This document shows, piece by piece, positions 34,801 through 42,200 of a stretch of 64,000 nucleotides of DNA. The translations under genes and the position numbers were made by a program. This DNA is from a virus (Duplodnaviria; Heunggongvirae; Uroviricota; Caudoviricetes). Position 1 is the stretch's first letter. Each line of letters starts with the position of its first letter. The stretch is taken from IMG/VR virus record IMGVR_UViG_3300023174_000136, positions 1 through 64,000 of that record. One strand, written 5' to 3'. Below the pieces are notes generated by a model, which was not told where the DNA came from, searched no databases, and saw only the letters and a list, made by a program, of their open reading frames with translations.

Positions 34801-36777
34801 GGAGTTAGTGTGCTGGGCGCTACTAATGGCACCGCAGCAAATGGTTGGCAAATAACTTCTGGTACCTACAATGTATCTGTAGCCGATACAGGCGTTGTTA
34901 CAATGGCAACAAGTCGTGGAAATATAGAGTTTGGCGCATTGCCAGAATGTATCGGCGGAGTAAGTCACTTTCATATTATGAAGGCAGTAGATTCTGATGC
35001 CGTAGATTTATACTTTGGTGATGACTACAACTATGTACTACAGCGTGGTAATTCTGCATCTGAACTAGCTGGAAATACAAACGATTACGGTGTTGAAATT
35101 GGCACTAGGGATTTAAGTACCGAAACTAGCACCCAACATGTCTGGCGTTTTGGCACAGATGGTGTCTTAACATTAAGCACAGCCAGTACAATCCTAGGTA
35201 ATAACAATGATCCTAATATCTACATCGAAACTGCCACAACCAGTACAACCAGTACATGGACATTTGGCACCGACGGTTTACTAACACTGCCTGCGGCTAC
35301 TCCTATAATTCGAGGTGGTGGTACAGGTACGGATGTTACAGTAATTGCCACAACTGGTACAAACACAGCAACCTGGACATTTGCCGCAGATGGTAGTATT
35401 AATGTAGGACAAGCACAAGGTTTTATAGTTCGCACCATGACCGGTGCTAACGCAAGCCCTAGCAACTATGTATCTACATTTGAATTTGGGGTAGACGGTA
35501 CATTAATATTGCCTCAAGGTAGTGTTATAGGTGAAATAAACAACACCACAGTTATTACACCTCCTGGGGCACTGGCAGGCCAGGGATTGGCTATTAGAAC
35601 AACCGCAGGTGGCGGACTGCAAAGCGCCAACACATTCACTCCGGGTGGCACAATAATAGTGACATTCGTTGATAATGGTGCACACTTTAGTGATAGCCAA
35701 ATCAGCGGCGAAAGCAATACCTGGACCTATACTATTACAGGAATATCTCAAGCAGATTTAGGTAGTCCGTTGACTGGTGTATTCTTGGGTGAAAATTGGA
35801 CTATTGTTAACAGTACTAATGTTAATACAGCAACATTTAACATTCCTGCCCTAAGTAACGGAACAGGATTTACAATCACACTAGATAAAATAATGACCCA
35901 GCCTCCATTCAATCTTGGCACTAGTGTTATATTAGATAGCAATGGTCGTAATAGTCTCACCATTGGATCTGTTCCTGAAATAAGTCATGTACACTTGACA
36001 TCTGTTGATCCTTCAACCGTTGACCTATTTCTAGGCGATGATGATCAATATGTTAAGATTGAAAAGAATCACGGTGATGTTGTTATTGGCACTGGTATGA
36101 TAGGTGTTCCAATCGGCTTGGACAGTTGGAGCGGAGAGGGTGGATGGGACTCCACTCCCTACATCAATACAGCCACAACAGGTGGCTCAGGTACAGGTTT
36201 GACAGTAAATGTTAATTCTTCCAACGGTGGATACATTGATATCAATTCCATTACTATAGCTAATCCTGGCACAGGATATACCGTTGGCGATGTTATAACC
36301 ATTAACAATGAAAACGATCTTCCTGGTACATTTACAATCAGTACTGTTACTAATTATTCAAACAATTGGACCTTTAGCAACACCGGTACAGTAACATTCC
36401 CAGATGCCACCGTTCAACACACAGCATATCCTACTGGGCAACAGACTGTTCTTGTTAATGCGGCATCAACTAGCACGGCGATAGAGTTAATGGAACTAAC
36501 AGGATCAGTAGTAATGATATACCCAGAGACTGGTTACGATACGCCAAATGAACTACACGCAATAGTTCTACCATTCGACAATCTTGGACTTAATCCAATT
36601 ATTGCTGTAGGAACACGCATTACAGTTATTAATCAGTATACTGGATCTGTTGATATTACTGGTTGGTCAGGTGGGCCATACACTATGCAAGAGTATGAAA
36701 GTTTAGAGTTAATTTATACATATAATCCAGACTATAATGGAAATATGTGGTGGTTAATTAACTCATATATTTGGTAA
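31894..36777 (+). CDS. collagen-like tail fibre (1627 aa) with a conserved fibre N-terminal domain, two Gly-X-Y blocks and a long beta-rich shaft
   Basis: GTG start after ATGGAG. The N-terminus, [47 protein letters not shown], is shared with the 38510 and 51780 proteins. [22 protein letters not shown]... is a collagen-like repeat. Confidence 0.8.
   Translation: [1627 protein letters not shown]
32059..32257 (+). repeat. collagen-like Gly-X-Y coding repeat block 1 (about 22 triplets)
   Basis: [61 protein letters not shown]. Confidence 0.85.
32398..32593 (+). repeat. collagen-like Gly-X-Y coding repeat block 2 (about 21 triplets)
   Basis: [66 protein letters not shown]. Confidence 0.85.
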
Positions 36778-36781
36778 TAAA

Positions 36782-37537
36782 ATGTCAATAACTATTAAAT
36801 CAGCACAAACTATCAGCAACGGTGTTACATTACGAGGTAACAATACTCAATATGTAATACCAGCTGTCCCAGATAGACTATTTGAACTAGATGCCAGCAT
36901 CTACGAATCGGGTGCCACTTGGTTAGATCAGTCAGGTAATGATAGACACGCTACATTACATGGTACAGTTCCTTACTACACTGATTCAGTGGGTGGATAT
37001 TTTGGTTTTACAGGCCAAGGTGTCAATTACATTGATATAGCAGGTAGTGAGTCGGGTTGGGGTATAGCAGATAATATACCACCTAATGCCACACTCAGCA
37101 TATGGGCAAACATCAATCAAATCTCTTTTTATCAACATGTTGCAGGCTGGCGCGGCGGTTACTTTCATTTTTATTTTTTAATGCTGGCCAACCAACTGAG
37201 TAATATAACAGAAGCAAGAGTTGTAAATTCTGTGGGTAGTTATGATATAACCATACCTTACAATGCTTATTTTAATACCTGGGCTTATATAACATTCGTA
37301 GCCGACAGCAATACTGGACAATCAATACTTTATATTAACTCTACTCAAATAGGAACGGCTAATATTGGCAGTGATAATTGGGTCAATACTAATATACCAT
37401 TTAGGATAGGCAGTGCTGACGGAGGAGACTTTCCCTTAAACGGTTATATTGGTGGAGTAACGGCCTACAGCCGAGCACTTACACAGCAGGAAGTCACTAG
37501 TGAGTTTAACAGAACTAAAACAAGGTACGGACTATGA
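36782..37537 (+). CDS. LamG/concanavalin-A-like lectin-domain protein (fibre tip/adhesin candidate), paralog 1
   Basis: The C-terminus GYIGGVTAYSRALTQQEVTSEFN resembles the Laminin_G_3 end motif (...IYNRALSxxEI...). It is a tandem paralog of the next gene. Confidence 0.5.
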   Translation: MSITIKSAQTISNGVTLRGNNTQYVIPAVPDRLFELDASIYESGATWLDQSGNDRHATLHGTVPYYTDSVGGYFGFTGQGVNYIDIAGSESGWGIADNIPPNATLSIWANINQISFYQHVAGWRGGYFHFYFLMLANQLSNITEARVVNSVGSYDITIPYNAYFNTWAYITFVADSNTGQSILYINSTQIGTANIGSDNWVNTNIPFRIGSADGGDFPLNGYIGGVTAYSRALTQQEVTSEFNRTKTRYGL

Positions 37538-38274
37538 GTCTAATACTTAATTCAGGATTCACTATAGGTCCGGGCGTGGTGCTAGATGCTAATCCTTATA
37601 TCCCGCCATCTGTTGTCAGCAGTGGATTGGTGCTACACCTTGATGCCAGCAACCCCTACTGCTACACTGGATCAACAGGTATAGTACCACATCAAAGCGT
37701 AATTGATGATTTGTCTATCTATGCGGGTTATCCCTATGCCCAAGCCGGCTATGTTCAAAATCCAAGTTACAGTATAACCTGGACTGATGATGGATCAGCC
37801 AGTTATTTTACTTGGCCAAGCAATGCCTATGCCGATGATTACATTAATATAACTACGCAACGCATCTACAGAGACTTTACCATAGTATTCCAACCAGATT
37901 TCTCGGCTAATGGATTTGGTGGGCTATTTGGCGTGACCGCAGATAAGAGTATGAGATTCTACAGTGGCGTCAACGGCACAGGGCCTTGGGTTGCGGCCAA
38001 TCCGGGCAACGGAGACGATTGGGCCGCCGGTCCAACTACCTATTACATAAACGGTCAGGCCAGTGACACTACAGTAGCAGGCTGGAACATCATGGGCGGA
38101 GCAAGAAACAACGCAGGATTCCCTGAGCCTTCAGATTTAAGGATCGGTACCAGTTGGTATCAGTATCGCGGCTTTCAAGGTAAGATCGCAGTGGTTCTAA
38201 TGTATGACAGAGTGCTAACAGATCAAGAGCAACTACAGAACTATAATGTTCTACGAGCAAGGTTCGGACTATAA
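37534..38274 (+). CDS. LamG/concanavalin-A-like lectin-domain protein, paralog 2
   Basis: ATGA overlap. The C-terminus is KIAVVLMYDRVLTDQEQLQNYNVLRARFGL. Confidence 0.5.
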   Translation: MSLILNSGFTIGPGVVLDANPYIPPSVVSSGLVLHLDASNPYCYTGSTGIVPHQSVIDDLSIYAGYPYAQAGYVQNPSYSITWTDDGSASYFTWPSNAYADDYINITTQRIYRDFTIVFQPDFSANGFGGLFGVTADKSMRFYSGVNGTGPWVAANPGNGDDWAAGPTTYYINGQASDTTVAGWNIMGGARNNAGFPEPSDLRIGTSWYQYRGFQGKIAVVLMYDRVLTDQEQLQNYNVLRARFGL

Positions 38275-38290
38275 ACGAGTAAATAAAGAC

Positions 38291-38497
38291 ATGACAGCAA
38301 TAACATTTCCAACAAACCCTATAATAGGACAATCGTATGTGGCTACTAACGCTGTAACCTATACATGGACGGGTGATCGATGGTCATCTAGTCAGGCGAT
38401 CGGTAGTAATCAAGCAAAATATTATGTGGAGGGTGGCGATTCTGCATGGACCTACACTACAGCAACAGACATCACCCTAGATGGTGGAACAGCATAA
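38291..38497 (+). CDS. small structural-like protein
   Basis: An ATG in the same frame as the track's ORF 38246..38497, chosen because it avoids overlapping the upstream gene. The peptide is Thr/Gly/Tyr-rich. Confidence 0.35.
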   Translation: MTAITFPTNPIIGQSYVATNAVTYTWTGDRWSSSQAIGSNQAKYYVEGGDSAWTYTTATDITLDGGTA

Positions 38498-38509
38498 TCG
38501 GAGTATACA

Positions 38510-40339
38510 ATGACAGCAAGAATTAAACTAAGAAGAGATACAGCCGCTAATTGGACCACTAATGATCCGGTATTGGCATTAGGTGAAGCAGGATACGACT
38601 CTACTAACAATGAACTGAGAGTAGGTGACGGTACCACTGCATGGAGCGGATTAGAAGCTGTTGGCGGCGGAGTTAGCAATGCTGTTGCTATTGCTCCAGA
38701 ATTTGGACCTGCTATAACTTTTGCCCGTCCAGAAAATACAGCAACAGATGCTGTTAATGCTGTTGATGTTATTGACGCAGGTGTGGCACTAGGTCGTAAC
38801 AGTAATCAGGGTGGACTATTAAACACTTTAGAAGACAGCCTAAGCGGTTACAACAGCGGTAACTATGCTGGCCAACCAACATATACAGAGTGGAACACAG
38901 ATGGTTTAGCAGATTTAAGCAACGTAACCACTAGAGTTTATGACAACTTTAAGAACATGAAACAGAGTCTCAGCGACGACGAGTTTCTTGCCACCCATTT
39001 GATCATGCACGATACACTCAACGACAAGTATTACACATTTAAGTTCAGTCGCTGGAGTGTGAGGGATAATGGTGGTGATGGTGGATACAGTTATGTTCGT
39101 AGATTGATCAATCATACTCAATACTTTACTAAACCTAACTATCAAACTACCACTACCGACACGGTTGCTACTGGATTAACAATCAAACGAGGAAACAACG
39201 GCGGTATCTATAATGTTGCAGCTGAAGGTAGTTTTAACAGTGATGTTAGTCCAAGTGGCACAGAATGGAATATTGATGGATGGAGTGACCTAAGCAATCT
39301 ACTCACAAGAACTTATACTAACTTTACATCAGCATTCAGTTATCAAATTGGCGAAAGAATCATTGGCAAAGAAGCTGTCATGCACGATACTATCAATGAC
39401 AAATATTATGCTGTAAAATTCCTGGAATGGGGACAGAATAATGGCGGCAGTTTTACCTGGCAACGCAGATTAATTGATACTACTCAACTCAATGAAGGTC
39501 TACACTTTGCTGATGGCACAGTACAGACCACAGCTGGTGTTACATTCAATGATGACGGGAGTTTGAATTTAGATGGCGGACTTGCCTTGCCATATCAAAA
39601 TAACCCATCCTATCGGACTGGCAACAACAACTACGGCCGAACATTAAAGTTAAGTAATGACAGCAAAAATTCAATTGTTATCACAGGACCGGTGGCTACA
39701 GAGAACAACTCATATGCCCAGCGTATCGTAATCCAGGGACAGCGTGGCTATGGCTCAACCAGTACTACAGGTGAAGGTGGTGATGTTTATATCTGGGGAG
39801 GAGTTGGTGGAGAAACCAACAATAACAGCAATGGCTGGGGCTACGGTGGTGGCAGCGGCGGTGATGTTAAATTACGCGGTGGTGAAGGCCTTAACAGCGA
39901 CGGTGGTTATGCTAAAATTGAAGGTGGCAATGTTGCTCACTTTAACACCTCTACCACAGGCAATGCTGGATTTGTGGAAATCACCGGCGGTGATGTAACT
40001 GTTGATAATGCCGCAGTTAGTAGCCACGGCGGCGACATTAGAATCACAGGTGGTCGTGCTTACTCAGCAACCACACAGTCTGGAGTTGTTCAGGTAATCA
40101 CAGGCGGTCGTGCCAATGGTGATGTTATTGGTGACAAGATTTGGACATTTGGCAATGATGGTAGGACTAAAATTCCGCACGGCTCTAGTAATCCAACCAC
40201 CGCTCGTGGTGCTGACGGAGACAAAGCAGGTATGATACTAGTTTCAGGTGCTTATCTATACTATTGCTACGCTGATTATACAGATGGTCAATCAGCAATT
40301 TGGCAAAAAGTAAGTATGGATAATACAGACTGGGATTAA
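38510..40339 (+). CDS. tail fibre with the conserved N-terminal domain, an internal ~80-aa duplication and a Gly-rich GGD-repeat C-terminus
   Basis: CGGAG RBS. The N-terminus is ARIKLRRDTAANWTTNDPVLALGEAGYDSTNNELRVGDGTTAWSGL. Duplicated segments EWNTDGLADLSNVTTRVYDNF...HDTLNDKYYTFKF and EWNIDGWSDLSNLLTRTYTNF...HDTINDKYYAVKF are visible. Confidence 0.65.
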   Translation: MTARIKLRRDTAANWTTNDPVLALGEAGYDSTNNELRVGDGTTAWSGLEAVGGGVSNAVAIAPEFGPAITFARPENTATDAVNAVDVIDAGVALGRNSNQGGLLNTLEDSLSGYNSGNYAGQPTYTEWNTDGLADLSNVTTRVYDNFKNMKQSLSDDEFLATHLIMHDTLNDKYYTFKFSRWSVRDNGGDGGYSYVRRLINHTQYFTKPNYQTTTTDTVATGLTIKRGNNGGIYNVAAEGSFNSDVSPSGTEWNIDGWSDLSNLLTRTYTNFTSAFSYQIGERIIGKEAVMHDTINDKYYAVKFLEWGQNNGGSFTWQRRLIDTTQLNEGLHFADGTVQTTAGVTFNDDGSLNLDGGLALPYQNNPSYRTGNNNYGRTLKLSNDSKNSIVITGPVATENNSYAQRIVIQGQRGYGSTSTTGEGGDVYIWGGVGGETNNNSNGWGYGGGSGGDVKLRGGEGLNSDGGYAKIEGGNVAHFNTSTTGNAGFVEITGGDVTVDNAAVSSHGGDIRITGGRAYSATTQSGVVQVITGGRANGDVIGDKIWTFGNDGRTKIPHGSSNPTTARGADGDKAGMILVSGAYLYYCYADYTDGQSAIWQKVSMDNTDWD

Positions 40340-40929
40340 CTTCTAATACCCTGTTCTTTTAACTTAATACAAGTATCGCATCTTCCACAAGGTGCGATAC
40401 TTTTTTCATTGTACACAGGGTGGCGACATGACCAAAACATGTTACGCAATGATTCAGGCAAACTATCATAAATCTCACGCTTGCTCATTTCAAGCACGGG
40501 ATATATTTTCTCCACAGTTGTAAATGCCGCAAGTATAGCATTTGCTCGTTTGCGCCTATCTTCTAAACTATAGTTACTATCATTGGCCTGCATTCCCATA
40601 GCAACTCGTACAATGTTAGGATTAACACTACAAATATATCCAGCAAAGAAGTTGATACTGTCTGTGTCATACATAAACTGTCCATTGTAGGGTTGTGATC
40701 CTATTTCGCTTTCACTATAGATAAAACTAAATCCCAGTTTTTCTAGCTCTTTGAGAACACGATCAACAACTATTGCTTCGGCGCGATCTCTGTGTTCTAC
40801 ATTACGATTGTGTATGTGATGTATGTGTAGAATGTAGTCTTTATATTCTTTATCAGTTAACAGTTTGTATATCATGCCCAAGCTGTCTAATCCGCCCGAA
40901 TACATGGCTAATATTATTTGTTGTTCCAT
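40336..40929 (-). CDS. QueC-like PP-loop ATPase (7-cyano-7-deazaguanine synthase family)
   Basis: The N-terminal PP-loop is SGGLDS. The C-terminal Cys cluster CRHPVYNEKSIAPCGRCDTC matches the QueC zinc-site spacing. The gene is on the minus strand inside a + strand fibre cluster. Confidence 0.5.
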   Translation of the reverse strand: MEQQIILAMYSGGLDSLGMIYKLLTDKEYKDYILHIHHIHNRNVEHRDRAEAIVVDRVLKELEKLGFSFIYSESEIGSQPYNGQFMYDTDSINFFAGYICSVNPNIVRVAMGMQANDSNYSLEDRRKRANAILAAFTTVEKIYPVLEMSKREIYDSLPESLRNMFWSCRHPVYNEKSIAPCGRCDTCIKLKEQGIRS

Positions 40930-41381
40930 ATATAAAATGTATAAACCTCATTAATAGGATGTTCTTGTGGTCGTGGTGTTAGTTCTTCAGCACAGGGAAA
41001 ATAACAAGCATACTTAGTAGGCCAGTTGGGATTTAGAAAAGTTCGTGATATAAAGCAATCACAGTTTGCTAGTACAATAGGCAATAGATGATGTGTAAAC
41101 TCTTTGCCAAGACTTAGACCGCCATCTATGATAATAGTATCCCAGTGTTCATTCAGAGTGAACCAATCTTTTATTAATATCTTAGGATCGTCATACACTG
41201 GCTCTAGGTCCCATGCTTCCGTGCATAAAGGTAACAACAGTTTAGTGCTACCTAACAGCAACACGCGGCCTTTGCAATAACTTTCAAATACACGATAATC
41301 ATCATCATTGGGCGCGGCAGGCCATTGTAATCCTGACCAAAATATAGAATCGTTGATTATACTCATGTGGGTATTTAACAC
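40914..41381 (-). CDS. hypothetical protein co-oriented with the QueC-like gene (16-nt overlap), possibly a degenerate Rossmann-fold methyltransferase
   Basis: 155-aa ORF with weak motif-I/IV-like segments (VLLLGSTKLL, DTIIIDGG). I recognise no confident family. Confidence 0.4.
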   Translation of the reverse strand: MLNTHMSIINDSIFWSGLQWPAAPNDDDYRVFESYCKGRVLLLGSTKLLLPLCTEAWDLEPVYDDPKILIKDWFTLNEHWDTIIIDGGLSLGKEFTHHLLPIVLANCDCFISRTFLNPNWPTKYACYFPCAEELTPRPQEHPINEVYTFYIWNNK

Positions 41382-41516
41382 CGAGTAGATCAGCTAATGC
41401 AATAAAGAATGCGATATTCTAACTAGATAAATATAGAATTCAGAGATAAACAATAACATTAATATTTAATAAATAATAATGTGCAGGGACAATACAGGCC
41501 CGCCTAGGAGAATTAA

Positions 41517-41876
41517 ATGTTAACTAAAGTCATCGGAACACCTACTGTTATAACAATGTCAGGAACTGCTCAAACAGTTTCTATTACCACAAATGAATTT
41601 GGAACTGTATTGGGAATACCAAACCTCAGACTTCCTGCTACAAAAATTCGAATCGCAACTAATTCACAGCCTGCATATGTTAGTTTTGATGGTACAACTG
41701 CTACCACAACCACTAGTGTGTTAATTCCTGCAAATTCGTCCGAGCATTTCAAATTAAATATCAATACTGTTAGTACAACTACTAATAGCATAATTGTTAA
41801 AAGTGCAGTAACAGCGACTATTAGTGTGTTACAAGCAGGAACTGCTGGAATACTTTCAGTTGTTGCAGTAGCGTAA
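41517..41876 (+). CDS. Thr/Ser/Ala-rich small virion protein
   Basis: GGAGAA RBS. 119 aa, beta-rich, of low complexity. Confidence 0.45.
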   Translation: MLTKVIGTPTVITMSGTAQTVSITTNEFGTVLGIPNLRLPATKIRIATNSQPAYVSFDGTTATTTTSVLIPANSSEHFKLNINTVSTTTNSIIVKSAVTATISVLQAGTAGILSVVAVA

Positions 41877-41886
41877 GGAAACGACG

Positions 41887-42195
41887 ATGAAGATTAGCGA
41901 ACTATTAAGACAACTGTTAGACGTAATAACTGCTGCTGAACAGGAACAAAATAACCACAATGTTGTACCTAATGCAGCAGAACTAACGGCAGTTAATGCA
42001 GATGATGAGGATCATACTGACGGCACAACAATGATTCCGCCTCTTCAACAAAAGTTAGAATTACTGAAAAAGTCAAATGATGTTGATAGCTATTATGATG
42101 ATGAATGTGATTCAAGTCATGATGAGCTTAATGACATAAAGAAAAATGCAGGAATTGCGTTCATCGCCGGTGAAGACAACGACATAGGAGATTAA
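41887..42195 (+). CDS. small acidic protein, paralog of the 44674 gene
   Basis: AAGGAAACGACG RBS. The two share PPLQQKLELLKKSNDV and an acidic tail. Each sits directly upstream of a fibre gene. Confidence 0.5.
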   Translation: MKISELLRQLLDVITAAEQEQNNHNVVPNAAELTAVNADDEDHTDGTTMIPPLQQKLELLKKSNDVDSYYDDECDSSHDELNDIKKNAGIAFIAGEDNDIGD

Positions 42196-42200
42196 TCCCT

